Shown: positions 48,472 to 58,899, counted from the stretch's first letter. The stretch: 64,000 nucleotides of DNA from an uncultured Candidatus Saccharibacteria bacterium (GCA_964540135.1 CAZILK010000002.1:33074-97073); one strand, 5' to 3'. A program made the numbers and translations. Notes: generated by a model not told the origin, from the sequence alone.

Positions 48472-50013
48472 TCAAGACTTAGACTTTTGCCAATTTTCAA
48501 AATCTTCCTGAGATGCAACATCTAAGAAATGTGCTTTAGCAAAATCTGAAAACTCAACCCATGAATGCGCAAGAAATGGTTTTACCTGAGGCTGCGCCCA
48601 AGGCACATTCCGCCCAAGCCAGAGCTCATCAACCACATGTAAAATATCGTGTTTATCTGTTCCAAGACTTATTTTTATAACAGCGTCACGCCATTTTATA
48701 GCTCGTTCAAAATCTTGCCTGAGTACTGCATCATTCATCTCTTTTTCAAACTCAAGCACAAGTTGATTAAACCATTCGGCTGATGTCCTGTCCTTTAAAG
48801 GAGGCAGTCTGTGGGTTGTTGATTCCTCACTGTGTCTTTTTCTAATATAGCCGCTTCTTTGCCATTCAAATGCAATTGTTAAGATCTCGTTATACAAAGT
48901 CTCTGCTAAGACAGTCTTGCTCTTATCCTCGCTGGACTTAAACAAAGTCAAGATAACCTGCTTCAAATCAAAAGCACCTGATTCGATCATCTCAAGACTC
49001 CACCAAGGTTTTGCACTCGCCCACCAAAATTGATCCGATGCAAGCGCTACATCAGCTTGCGTTCGAGCTAGGTACCAACTTGGCGATTCTTTATCACTAA
49101 AGCTTGCAAGCTCCTTAACTACAAAGTTTGCAAGCTCCCATTGTTTCTTATGAATTGGGTTTGCTTTATCATCCCACAAAGTGAAAGGAGACTCCCCTTT
49201 TTGCAAAAAAGTATCTTGTTCGTCATTTGTCCAAGTACCTTCGATAGGACTAACAGGAATACTTGGCAGGGCTGTATCACAAACTGCGTCAGATCCAAGT
49301 CTATTGTCAAAAAACGGAGAATCTAGAAGCTCAAAAAGCAGCTTTTCATGGCCAACTCGGTGGTGTCCAAAAGTTTCAGCGTCCATAACGGTAAACCAAA
49401 GTTTATCAGCTAAAGCAAAATCTTTTGTTTCTTTAATCAAGTCTTCTGCGGTTCGAACTTGAGCTGATAAAATAAGCGAACTAACAGGCTTGTTTCTAAA
49501 AAGGATCGAAAGCTCAGAGTTTTTATATGTAAATCTACTACTTGCCATAGAATATTCTTTTGGACAACCGACAGTTGGAGCTGCAACCCAAGAATACCCA
49601 AGCTCAACGCATAACTCATAAACCATGTCATTCATCGCCATTTCTGGCGGGAAAAAACCTTTAGGATTATACAGGTCGCCAAATGCTTTCTTCCCCTCTG
49701 CATTGTTTAATTCAATCTGTCTTAGACATTCATGTTTTGGAAGTAAAGGTAAGATTGGATGGTACATCGCACTTGCTGTTAGTTCAATTTGTCCTCTTGC
49801 AAGCAAAAGCGTAATGCCTTCTATGACATCTGTGTATCCTTTTTGAACTAGCAGCTTAAGTAGAGAGCCTGCAAAATTTATGTTAATTCTGGAGTTAGGC
49901 CTTGCTAAAAGACCTGAGACAATAGGTCTATATGACTCATTAACAATTCGGTCCAGAATGTCATCTTGCTGGTTTATAGGTTGATAAAAATGAAGTAAAT
50001 TAACAAGTATCAT
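48472..50013 (-). CDS. glycoside hydrolase family 57 protein with a UVR-like motif
   Basis: HFYQP, HPILPL, FPPEMA, DAETFGHH, ASDQFWW. Confidence 0.88.
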   Translation of the reverse strand: MILVNLLHFYQPINQQDDILDRIVNESYRPIVSGLLARPNSRININFAGSLLKLLVQKGYTDVIEGITLLLARGQIELTASAMYHPILPLLPKHECLRQIELNNAEGKKAFGDLYNPKGFFPPEMAMNDMVYELCVELGYSWVAAPTVGCPKEYSMASSRFTYKNSELSILFRNKPVSSLILSAQVRTAEDLIKETKDFALADKLWFTVMDAETFGHHRVGHEKLLFELLDSPFFDNRLGSDAVCDTALPSIPVSPIEGTWTNDEQDTFLQKGESPFTLWDDKANPIHKKQWELANFVVKELASFSDKESPSWYLARTQADVALASDQFWWASAKPWWSLEMIESGAFDLKQVILTLFKSSEDKSKTVLAETLYNEILTIAFEWQRSGYIRKRHSEESTTHRLPPLKDRTSAEWFNQLVLEFEKEMNDAVLRQDFERAIKWRDAVIKISLGTDKHDILHVVDELWLGRNVPWAQPQVKPFLAHSWVEFSDFAKAHFLDVASQEDFENWQKSKS

Positions 50014-51272
50014 AGATTGGCTAATATCTTCTCACAAAGTTCTTTAATTGAGTCATCTTCAGTGTACTCCCCAAAAGCAAGAGCAAGGGCTATAAACTTA
50101 TGAAGAATAGGCGCATCGTATACAACAGCACCACTGTAAAGTTTTTTTCTTGACGCCCACCATAAGAAATCACTGGCAACAAGTTTCATAAGGCTGAGTT
50201 GTTTAAACAAGAACTGGCGTAACTCATCGTCTTTAATTTTTGCGAGTAACTCCTCTTTCCAAAACGGCATATTGGCAAACTCGCTATTTTCATAAGTAAG
50301 TGATGGTAGATCTACATAAAGACCATGAAGATACTGAAGTAACTTATTTATGTGTGACTGGAGTTCATTGGCTTCGTTTTTCCAAAAAGGTAATGTATCA
50401 CCTGCCTGAACATCAGTTTTTGATGCTCCCCAGCTTGCAGATACAATATCATATGATTTACCAGTTACATCACGGTCAATCTTTGACCCTAAATACAAGA
50501 CGGCATCTGTTGCTTTAGCGACTTTAAACTCCCCAGATCCTGCAAGCTTATCAAGCAGACTGTCTAAAAATAAAATGCCATCTTTATTGTGATGCCCAAA
50601 AGTTTCAGCATCAAATGCAAGTGTTATCTCTTTTCGTGTACTTTGTTCGAAAAGATTAAATACTTCATCTACTTTATACCCGCGGTAAAAAGCGATCTTG
50701 TTACTAATTTCAGTATCGCGGACTAAAATCTTAATCCCGGAGCTATGTAAAAATGTGTCTTTATCTTTCACTTCGTTTGGTGCTGCGCACGAATCAATTA
50801 GAAGCCACTTATACCCAAGACCCTCAAGCATATAACACAGCTCATTATTACAAGCAAGTTCTGGTGCAAAAAAACCATTTAAGTTTTTAAGAACAACAGC
50901 TTTCTCCCCTTCAAAACCTGTTGTCTTGCCGAGATAGTACCCAAGGCCATATTCATTAAGAATTATTTCTTCAAGAGCCAGTCTTTCTGGTACTGTTGTT
51001 AAAAGACAATGGTAGGAGGCGCTCCCTACAAATTCAATAATACCTGCGTCATGGAGTTTACGAACATCTGTTAGCCAATCGGTATAGCCGTATTTATCTA
51101 CAAGTTCAAGAAAGCTTAAAGGCATATTGAAAGTAAATGACAGATCTTTTTTGAGTTTAATGAGTTTAATCAAAGGGTTGTAGCATGTATCAAATACTTG
51201 TTTAAAAACGGTTTTAGTCTGGATACTTGGTTGGTAGAAGTGGAAAATGAAGCTTACCTGTTTTGTACTCAT
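50010..51272 (-). CDS. glycoside hydrolase family 57 protein
   Basis: HFYQP, FAPELA, DAETFGHH, ASDFLWW. Confidence 0.86.
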   Translation of the reverse strand: MSTKQVSFIFHFYQPSIQTKTVFKQVFDTCYNPLIKLIKLKKDLSFTFNMPLSFLELVDKYGYTDWLTDVRKLHDAGIIEFVGSASYHCLLTTVPERLALEEIILNEYGLGYYLGKTTGFEGEKAVVLKNLNGFFAPELACNNELCYMLEGLGYKWLLIDSCAAPNEVKDKDTFLHSSGIKILVRDTEISNKIAFYRGYKVDEVFNLFEQSTRKEITLAFDAETFGHHNKDGILFLDSLLDKLAGSGEFKVAKATDAVLYLGSKIDRDVTGKSYDIVSASWGASKTDVQAGDTLPFWKNEANELQSHINKLLQYLHGLYVDLPSLTYENSEFANMPFWKEELLAKIKDDELRQFLFKQLSLMKLVASDFLWWASRKKLYSGAVVYDAPILHKFIALALAFGEYTEDDSIKELCEKILANL

Positions 51273-51327
51273 AACTTGGGTATTATAAATTTAATCCGGG
51301 ATAAAGGCAAAGTTTTGCTAAACCAAT

Positions 51328-51445
51328 AAAAAAATGCGCTCTACCCCAGTTGGGTTTAGCATTTCTTATTCTCCTGCCCACAGAATAAGAAAGTGATCGA
51401 ATAAGAATCCAATCAAAAACCCTACTGGGATACAACGCACTTTAC
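51328..51445. other. structured intergenic element (nested inverted repeats)
   Basis: CCCAGTTGGGTTT/AAACCCTACTGGG encloses TTTCTTATTCT/AGAATAAGAAA. Confidence 0.5.
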
Positions 51446-51481
51446 TTAACTTTTTGCATTATATAATATGAGTATTTAATG

Positions 51482-53056
51482 TCAAGATTCTTCTAAATCC
51501 TGACCTTTGGGGTACGGCTTTTTCTTTAAAACCATTGTCTTTTCATACAATTTCACGTATTCGGAAGCACTGTAATCCCAGCTAAAATCTTTAGACATAG
51601 CGTTAACTTGCAGTTTTCTCCACACTTTTTTGCTTTTATAAAGCTCAAGAACTCTAGCAATCTGACCATATAAAGACATCTCGTTAAACTCTTTTAGCAT
51701 AAATCCGGTTCCCTCCCCCGTATTTGTATCAAAATCAGTAACTGTATCAACAAGACCCCCAACTTTTCTAACCATCGGGATACTTCCATATCTCATTGCC
51801 TCGAGCTGAACAATACCACAAGGTTCAAATCTTGAAGGATACATGATGACATCTGTTCCCGCGAAAAATAATCTTGGTAATACAAAGTTTGGATAAGTGT
51901 GAATACCAACTTTTTGTGGATACCTCTCTTTAAGCTCCTTAAGCATGTTAACGATATTTTCATCGCCTCCGCCAACTTGTACAAACTGAATATTATATTC
52001 CTTTAATGCTTGATGAAGAGTATTAACAATAAGATCAATACCCTTTTGATAATCAAGTCTCCCAACAAATCCAAATAGCGGTATGTCCTCATCAACTGGC
52101 AGATCCATCTCATCTTGAAGTGCTAGCTTGTTCTTAATTCTTCTATCAAGAGCTTTTATATCGTAATTTGTATGTATATACTTGTCTGTTGCGGGATCGA
52201 ATTCTTCAAAATCCATCCCATTAACAATTCCAAATAGTTTGCTTCGGACCTCAAGTAAAAGGTTGTTTAGACCGCAACCATACTCTGGCGTCAATATTTC
52301 TTTGGCATAGGTTTTTGAAACAGTATTTACTGCGTCAGAATATATGATTCCTCTTCGCATAAAATTTAGTTTTAAGTATTTAGAATCGAGTATCGGCGGA
52401 ATACCTGTTTGTCCATCATCATAATCAAGCTCAGACACATTTTGAGGAACTGTAAAGCCTTGATGAGCAATGCTGTGAATTGTATGAAGTGTAGCTATTT
52501 TAGAAATTACAGGGTGTTGTTTATAGACTGTTTTTACATAGTTTGCAACAAGACCGGTATGCCAATCATTGGTATGAATTACATCTGGAATAAACTCTTC
52601 TTTAGCTATGAATTCAAGAGCTCCCCTGCACAAAAGTCCCCATCTCACCGGATCATCGCTATAACCATAAACATTGGCACGTTTTTCATAGTACTCCATG
52701 TTTTCAAGAAAATATGTGGTAATACCATATTGATTTACATGTGATTTGACATTACAAATGAGATGTTCCTCAACAGCGGAATCAGTTGGTACTTTTAGCC
52801 CTTCAACAACCATCTCAAGCTCATACATTTCGGTTTGATCTATAAATCCAAATTTAGGCATGAATATGCGGACGTCATGTCCAAGATTATTCAAAGCCCT
52901 AGCCAAATACAAAAGTACACTGGAATAACCGCCTACTTTTGCATAAGGCATTGCCTCAGCCCCTACTAGAAGTATTTTAAGTTTTTTTTCTGGTGAAGTA
53001 TCAGAAGTCTCACTAATGATATTTTCCAAAGCTGTTACAAGCCTATTAGGAGTCAT
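51482..53056 (-). CDS. glgA: glycogen synthase (GT5), second copy
   Basis: KVGGY, HTNDWH, QKGID, SRFEPCGIVQ, VGGL. Confidence 0.92.
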   Translation of the reverse strand: MTPNRLVTALENIISETSDTSPEKKLKILLVGAEAMPYAKVGGYSSVLLYLARALNNLGHDVRIFMPKFGFIDQTEMYELEMVVEGLKVPTDSAVEEHLICNVKSHVNQYGITTYFLENMEYYEKRANVYGYSDDPVRWGLLCRGALEFIAKEEFIPDVIHTNDWHTGLVANYVKTVYKQHPVISKIATLHTIHSIAHQGFTVPQNVSELDYDDGQTGIPPILDSKYLKLNFMRRGIIYSDAVNTVSKTYAKEILTPEYGCGLNNLLLEVRSKLFGIVNGMDFEEFDPATDKYIHTNYDIKALDRRIKNKLALQDEMDLPVDEDIPLFGFVGRLDYQKGIDLIVNTLHQALKEYNIQFVQVGGGDENIVNMLKELKERYPQKVGIHTYPNFVLPRLFFAGTDVIMYPSRFEPCGIVQLEAMRYGSIPMVRKVGGLVDTVTDFDTNTGEGTGFMLKEFNEMSLYGQIARVLELYKSKKVWRKLQVNAMSKDFSWDYSASEYVKLYEKTMVLKKKPYPKGQDLEES

Positions 53057-53119
53057 ACTGAGATTCTAGCACAGTTAGATCACTTAGCGTTAGTAACAGC
53101 CTAGAAATGCCCTCTAATC

Positions 53120-54127
53120 TTATGCAATGTTCTCAAGCTCGTCTACGAGCTCTTTTTCGCCTGCATTGATTAAATCTGTCTTAAGCTTCTCTTTTGACAC
53201 AACATTTAATCCATACATCTCTTTCTTGCTCTCATATACCTCGCGATCATCAGACATTATAAGACAAAGCTGGGCTGAGTTCTTAGAGACCTCAGTTAAT
53301 TTTAGAGCTTTCTCAAAGTACTCTCTATCAGCAGGTCTTATGTAAGAGTGAATTAAAGAGAATGGGCGTATTGGTTTAAAGAGTGACAAACCAGCGTCCA
53401 TTGTAAAAGCATAATCTAGTGAAGCTTTTTTAGCTGCTTTATCAAGTCCTTGTGCTATGTCTTTAAGACTTCCAACACCGCTTAAGTAATAGTATTCACC
53501 CTTCTCGTCAATAACTACTTCCTCATACTTTGGTATGAAGCTATCAACGGACTCGGTGTCTACCTTTGCAGATTCTACCGGTCTATCATGTAAAGGTGCT
53601 CTTACAGGTGCGGTAACATCTTCTTTCACAGCAACTTGTTCTGTCTTATATTTCTCAGCAGCAGCTCTAAATCGAGCAAGCCAGTCAACAGGTTCTTCTT
53701 CAGGTTCTTTAGTATCAGGCATGTCATTTGACCCTAATTCTGTATCATCCTCCCCCTTAGCTTGTTCTACTGAGTCTCGCTCTTCGTCTAAAAGATTAAC
53801 ACCACTTGGTGCTGCTTGACCTACTCTTGTATCCATAACAACATCATCACTTTCTACAGCATCACTTGTTGCAAGCTTTCTAGCAACAATAGGTTTTCTT
53901 ACAGATTCAGATGCAGATGCCTCTTTTTGAGCTTCTTGAGATCTATCAGGGTAAAGAAAATCTAATATATTTTGTCTTGAGAATCTATGTCTGCCTGTTG
54001 CAGTTTTAACGTCTGCGTTTAGTTTATTTTCATCTAAGTATCTGTAAACAGATCTTAAACTAACGCCTAAAATGTTTGCTACTTCTGTGGATGTATAAAG
54101 TTTATCTTTTAAATCTAGTATTGTCAT
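53120..54127 (-). CDS. HTH_17 DNA-binding protein with acidic linker and possible AbiEi-like C-terminal domain
   Basis: YTSTEVANILGVSLRSVYRY...TGRHRF; YAFT...IHSY...VVS...DL. Confidence 0.7.
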   Translation of the reverse strand: MTILDLKDKLYTSTEVANILGVSLRSVYRYLDENKLNADVKTATGRHRFSRQNILDFLYPDRSQEAQKEASASESVRKPIVARKLATSDAVESDDVVMDTRVGQAAPSGVNLLDEERDSVEQAKGEDDTELGSNDMPDTKEPEEEPVDWLARFRAAAEKYKTEQVAVKEDVTAPVRAPLHDRPVESAKVDTESVDSFIPKYEEVVIDEKGEYYYLSGVGSLKDIAQGLDKAAKKASLDYAFTMDAGLSLFKPIRPFSLIHSYIRPADREYFEKALKLTEVSKNSAQLCLIMSDDREVYESKKEMYGLNVVSKEKLKTDLINAGEKELVDELENIA

Positions 54128-54178
54128 GCCATAACTATCACAGAGTAAAAAAATAATGTCAATAACTTTCTTACGAAT

Positions 54179-55057
54179 TTACGACGTGTATCTTGAAAGC
54201 GTTGAGGAGAAAACTAAAAGAGGAAAAACAATGAGTGCTTTTAACATTCTTTTGTAACGCCATGGCTGCTTAATTAGTCTATACAACCACTCTACATTAT
54301 GTTTAGAGTATCTCGTCGCATTTTCAAAATCGCCATTGCAGATAGAATCAAACGACCCGCCAACACCGATGCTAAGTTTAGCTTTAAGTAGACTGCTATT
54401 TCTTACAATCCATTTCTCTTGCTTAGGATGACCAAAAGCAACAAATAATAAATCTATCTCTTTGTCATAAAGTGAGAGCAGTTTTGCACGAGATTCTGTG
54501 TCAAAGCTCTCCGCATGCCGTATATTAGACTCTGCAAGAACTATGTTAAGGCCTGGGTATCTTTTTTTAAGAATCTCAGATGTTTGAAATGCCATATTAA
54601 ATGTTGCGCTTTTCACAGGCCTTCCTAACTTGTCTTTGGGCCACCCGCCAATAAGCCCAACAGTAAGTCGGTTCTTTGACGCATATTCACATAAATGCAA
54701 CATTAAACTTACACCTTGTGTAACTGGGGGTTTCTCTTTGGCAAGTATTGGAATAGAAATACCAATTAAGAATGACTTTAATGGGTATAACAATCCTGGT
54801 GTCAGCAACGCTACTCTAGTTAAATACTCGTATGCAAAGACAACTCCAGAGCCGTCAGGTACAGACAATGTTGAATTATTTATAATTTGCTTAAACTCAA
54901 TGTCTTTTTGAGCATCAACAATAAATTCAGGATTTGTTGTACAAATATAGTGAGTTCCCTTCTTGGCAAGTAAGTCAACAGTTCTTTTGACCACATCTTC
55001 CATAGATAGTCCAAAGTTTACTTTCACGCCTAGTATGTATTTTTCTACTTCTGTCAT
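54179..55057 (-). CDS. WecB/TagA/CpsF family glycosyltransferase
   Basis: TTNPE, PDGSG, GHPKQE, GVGGSFD, EWLYRL. Confidence 0.92.
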   Translation of the reverse strand: MTEVEKYILGVKVNFGLSMEDVVKRTVDLLAKKGTHYICTTNPEFIVDAQKDIEFKQIINNSTLSVPDGSGVVFAYEYLTRVALLTPGLLYPLKSFLIGISIPILAKEKPPVTQGVSLMLHLCEYASKNRLTVGLIGGWPKDKLGRPVKSATFNMAFQTSEILKKRYPGLNIVLAESNIRHAESFDTESRAKLLSLYDKEIDLLFVAFGHPKQEKWIVRNSSLLKAKLSIGVGGSFDSICNGDFENATRYSKHNVEWLYRLIKQPWRYKRMLKALIVFPLLVFSSTLSRYTS

Positions 55058-56058
55058 TTGCGCATAATACTTTTTTCAAAATAATCCATATTATCAAGGA
55101 CTTTAGCAATACCACTGATCACTGCTTGAAGCGGATCATCAGCCAAATGTACAGGAACACCCGTAAAATTGGTCAGATACTTATCTAGATTTCTCAAAAG
55201 CCCTGTTCCTCCACTTAGCACTATACCTTTATCAATAACATCAGAAGAAAGCTCTGGGGGAGTTTTTTCCAAAACATTTTTGATGGCAAGGGCTATTTGT
55301 TGAAGTGGAAATGAGATACATTCAGAAATTTCATTTGATCCTATTGTAACTGTTTTTGGAAAACCAGATACAGAATCTCTGCCTTTTACTTCATAAAATT
55401 CTTCTTTATTTAAAGGGTGTGCAGAACCAATTTCTTTTTTTAATTTTTCAGCTGTATTTTCCCCAACAATAAGGTTGTACTTCCTCCTAAGGTTTTGGGC
55501 AATATATTCATCAAGTGCATTACCGCCAACTCTTACGCTACCATGGACCACCATACCGTACATTGAAACTATGGCAATCTCTGTTGTACCGCCCCCTATA
55601 TTAACAATCATATTTCCAGTAGGCTCAGCGATTGGAAGTCCAACACCGATTGCAGCTGCTAAGGGCTCTGGTATCAGATAAGCATTTTTAGCTCCTGCCG
55701 AATAAGCAGCGTCAAGAACTGCTCGAGCTTCAACAGAAGTAGCGCCTGCTGGAATTGAAATTAGAACGTCTGGCCTAAAGATTCTTAAATTACCAACTGC
55801 TTTTGTTATGAAATATCTAAGCAAAGCCTCAGTAACTATATAGTCTGCAATGACACCGTTTTTAAGAGGTTTAAGCGCTGTAATAGATTCAGGAGTTTTG
55901 CCAAGCATACTTCTTGCCTCTTCCCCAACTGCAACCACTTGTTCGTCTTCAATAGTCACTGCAACTACAGTAGGCTCACGTAAAATTACCCCCTTACCTT
56001 GCAGGTAAACAAGCGAGTTTGCGGTCCCTAAATCAATCCCGATCTTTTTAAATAACAT
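55054..56058 (-). CDS. mreB: MreB/Mbl paralogue
   Basis: IDLGTAN, EPTVVA, NIGGGTTE, LSGGTGLL. Confidence 0.93.
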   Translation of the reverse strand: MLFKKIGIDLGTANSLVYLQGKGVILREPTVVAVTIEDEQVVAVGEEARSMLGKTPESITALKPLKNGVIADYIVTEALLRYFITKAVGNLRIFRPDVLISIPAGATSVEARAVLDAAYSAGAKNAYLIPEPLAAAIGVGLPIAEPTGNMIVNIGGGTTEIAIVSMYGMVVHGSVRVGGNALDEYIAQNLRRKYNLIVGENTAEKLKKEIGSAHPLNKEEFYEVKGRDSVSGFPKTVTIGSNEISECISFPLQQIALAIKNVLEKTPPELSSDVIDKGIVLSGGTGLLRNLDKYLTNFTGVPVHLADDPLQAVISGIAKVLDNMDYFEKSIMRK

Positions 56059-56111
56059 ATTCGAAATATAGTTCCAAATTTAGTATACTATCTATGCTAG
56101 GTTTAGATTCT

Positions 56112-57293
56112 ATGAATAAAAAACACATAATTCAATCATTACTCACGGGACTCTTGTTGCTATCTGTAACAACTGCATTGTTTTTATACACTTCAGGTTA
56201 TAGAGTATCAAAACCTGGAAAAGATGACAAAAACCAGAATCAGATTCAAGTTAAACAAACAGGTATGATTGGTGCAAAATCAATCCCAGAAGGAGCTAAC
56301 GTTTATCTAAACGGTAACCTTGTTACAGCAACAAACGATACCATTTCAAACTTAAAACCAGGTGAAAAATATGAACTTACTATTAAAAAGAGCGGATTCG
56401 TTATTTGGAAGAAAAAAGTAGATATCTATCCTGAGCTTGTAACTGACATTACGGCGGTTCTCATCTCAATGACCCCACGACTTGAGCCTCTAACAAATAC
56501 CGGTGCAAAATTACCAGTCATGGCACCAAGCCTTTCAAAGATTGCGTTTTTTTCAAGAGATCCAGAAGCTCCGGGAATTTGGGTCATCCCACTGATTGGT
56601 GGCGGACTTGATCTGTTTAAATCAAATGCAAATAGTGTTCTTGAAGACACTCTATATAATGAATTTTCTAAAGGAACTGAAATAAAATGGTCACCGGATG
56701 AAAAGCAACTTCTTATTACAGTACCTGAGAATGAATCAGACTCCTATTATATAGTGGATATTCAAAACAAAACAGCTGAATCAACAGAATCACCAGAACT
56801 ATTAAAAGCAACATGGCTTGATAAAGAAATCAAGCTTAAAAGCGAAATTATTAAAGCTATTGATCTTGAACCAAATATCAAACAAATTGCGTTAAGAGAA
56901 GACTCTATGTGGTCTCCTGATAACAAAAAGTTCCTTTATAAAGTAAGAAAAGACGGGAAAATGGAATACAGAGTTTACAATATGGAAAAGCCAATTCCAG
57001 TTGGTGAAAAAGCTCAGACACTTGTATTTGTCACAAGTATCACCGATCCCCAACCAAAGATCAGCTGGTATGCTGATAGCTTCCACTTGATCTTAACTGA
57101 AGGCGATGTTGAAGAAACAAAACGAGGCAAAATAAGCCTTATTCGCATTGATGGGACAAATAAGACAGAAATATACAACAACTCACTTCACACAGACAGA
57201 GTATTCAGCTCTCCTGGTGGCGATAAGCTAATAATTAGCACCTCTTTTACATCAGAAGACCAGACAAACCTTTATACTCTCGGTATCAGATAG
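56112..57293 (+). CDS. PEGA-domain membrane-anchored protein with TolB-like beta-propeller
   Basis: TM helix, SIPEGANVYLNG, repeated WSPD; exact start uncertain (56094 or 56112). Confidence 0.8.
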   Translation: MNKKHIIQSLLTGLLLLSVTTALFLYTSGYRVSKPGKDDKNQNQIQVKQTGMIGAKSIPEGANVYLNGNLVTATNDTISNLKPGEKYELTIKKSGFVIWKKKVDIYPELVTDITAVLISMTPRLEPLTNTGAKLPVMAPSLSKIAFFSRDPEAPGIWVIPLIGGGLDLFKSNANSVLEDTLYNEFSKGTEIKWSPDEKQLLITVPENESDSYYIVDIQNKTAESTESPELLKATWLDKEIKLKSEIIKAIDLEPNIKQIALREDSMWSPDNKKFLYKVRKDGKMEYRVYNMEKPIPVGEKAQTLVFVTSITDPQPKISWYADSFHLILTEGDVEETKRGKISLIRIDGTNKTEIYNNSLHTDRVFSSPGGDKLIISTSFTSEDQTNLYTLGIR

Positions 57294-57295
57294 TC

Positions 57296-57940
57296 TTAAT
57301 TAACCTCAAGAAGTCTTGCAGTTACCACCATCCTGTTTATTGTAGTTCCAGGAGGATCACATGTTTGAAGAGTTAAAATTGGCTCAATTGTTTTTCTCTT
57401 AATTGGATAGGTGTCAAAGCCTTTACGCACCTCCTTATTAAATACCTCGTATACAAAGTCTTGATTATCATAAAACACATGCACTTTATCTCCAGGTTCA
57501 AGCTTTCGTAAAAGGTTGAATGCTGTCGCGTACTTACCGAGCCTCCAAAAATTAACAGATGAATGTGCAAAGATATACACGTTTCCGGGATCGGTTGATG
57601 GGTATGGGGATGTTGCAGCATGAGCTATACCATTTTTTAAAGAATTAATATAAGCGTCTTCATTTGTAACTATGACATCACGTACAACTGGCACGTTTAC
57701 ACCTATTTTTTCAATTACAACAGAGAATTCTGTATTTACAGGGGTTAGAAGTATAGGTTTTGACGATATTAGACGCGCAAAAGGGCTATCTATCACTCCA
57801 CCCGATTCATTTAAACCATATCTTTGGTTTTTTATCTGCTTAATTTTATAGCCAACTTCTGCAAATATAACCGGTCCGTACGTCAAAAAAAGGATTAATA
57901 TCCCAGCACCAATTAATAATTCAGGCAGTTTTTTTTTCAC
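57296..57940 (-). CDS. sortase family protein
   Basis: GNVYIFAHS, LTLQTC, conserved Arg (NRMVV). Confidence 0.9.
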   Translation of the reverse strand: MKKKLPELLIGAGILILFLTYGPVIFAEVGYKIKQIKNQRYGLNESGGVIDSPFARLISSKPILLTPVNTEFSVVIEKIGVNVPVVRDVIVTNEDAYINSLKNGIAHAATSPYPSTDPGNVYIFAHSSVNFWRLGKYATAFNLLRKLEPGDKVHVFYDNQDFVYEVFNKEVRKGFDTYPIKRKTIEPILTLQTCDPPGTTINRMVVTARLLEVN

Positions 57941-57944
57941 AAGA

Positions 57945-58274
57945 CTAAAGTTTACTCAAAAATGATGAAACTACTGAAACAAGGAAGCCAAAGAGTAAAA
58001 CCGACAAAAGTGAGGCTATGCTAAAGCCCTCAACAAGATAATCGGTTAGATAGATAAACCCTATATTAATAATGAAGGAGAACAGCCCTAATGTCAGGAT
58101 ATTTATAGGGAGAGTTAAGATTGTAACAACTGGTTTGACAAAAGTGTTTAGTAAACCAAGTACAAGAGCCACTGCAAAAGCAGTAAGCAAGCTATCAAGC
58201 ACAACTCCTGGTAATAATTTTGAAACCACGAATACGGCTATGGTATTTGCAAGTAGATTAAGAATAAATTTCAT
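57945..58274 (-). CDS. 4-TM 'phage holin family 4'/YvlD-like membrane protein
   Basis: LNTFVKPVVTILTLPINILTLGLF. Confidence 0.88.
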   Translation of the reverse strand: MKFILNLLANTIAVFVVSKLLPGVVLDSLLTAFAVALVLGLLNTFVKPVVTILTLPINILTLGLFSFIINIGFIYLTDYLVEGFSIASLLSVLLFGFLVSVVSSFLSKL

Positions 58275-58314
58275 ATTCTAAGTATATTAGAATGTGGAAG
58301 AGTGATCAAGCGTA

Positions 58315-58389
58315 TGGTGCCCCAGGTAGGAATTGAACCTACATCTCACCCTTAGGAGGGGCGTGTTCTATCCGTTGAACTACAGAGGC
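58315..58389 (-). tRNA. tRNA-Arg (anticodon CCT)
   Basis: CGCCC-CTCCTAA-GGGTG arm, GTTCAATTC, CCA. Confidence 0.93.
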
Positions 58390-58487
58390 ATACCTAAGCC
58401 CACATGTCTTAAAATTAGGACTTTACAACTCAGGGGTATTTTACATTTATATTTGGGAATTATAAAGTATAATGGTTAGGTCAGTTT

Positions 58488-58575
58488 GGAGGGGTGCAAG
58501 AGTGGTTTAATTGGCCGGTCTTGAAAACCGTGCGTCTTAACGGACACGAGAGTTCGAATCTCTCCCCCTCCGCCA
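58488..58575 (+). tRNA. tRNA-Ser (anticodon TGA)
   Basis: GGAGGGG/CCCCTCC, CTTGAAA loop, long variable arm, CCA. Confidence 0.95.
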
Positions 58576-58644
58576 GTTAATTAACACATGTAAAAGGTAA
58601 TACTCTTGACCTGGCATCCTTACTTTAGTATTATTATCCTTACT

Positions 58645-58899
58645 ATGACCTATACCTCAAGTTTGACTCAAAAAGGTCAAGTAACAATTCCTCAAGAGAT
58701 AAGAAAGCACTTAAAGTTAAAGCCTTCAGACAAAGTTTTCTTTATTAAACACGAAGATAGTGTGATTATAAAACCTGCACGCAGTTTTCTAGATATAGAG
58801 GGATCTGTGAAATATAAGGTTAAGTATTCGGACTCACTCGCCGATAAGCAGGTATCAGATTACATTTCTACAGAAAATGAAGAAACTACCAATTCTTGA
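58645..58899 (+). CDS. AbrB/MazE-type antitoxin (VapB-like)
   Basis: LTQKGQVTIPQEIRKHLKLKPSDKV. Confidence 0.9.
   Translation: MTYTSSLTQKGQVTIPQEIRKHLKLKPSDKVFFIKHEDSVIIKPARSFLDIEGSVKYKVKYSDSLADKQVSDYISTENEETTNS

Noticed and set aside
55054-57940. Second mreB, PEGA protein and sortase as a novel system
   Set aside because: These are common Patescibacteria envelope genes, lie in mixed orientation and show no specific link
57945-58274. Prophage suggested by the holin-family gene
   Set aside because: This family is commonly chromosomal; no endolysin, capsid, terminase or integrase is nearby
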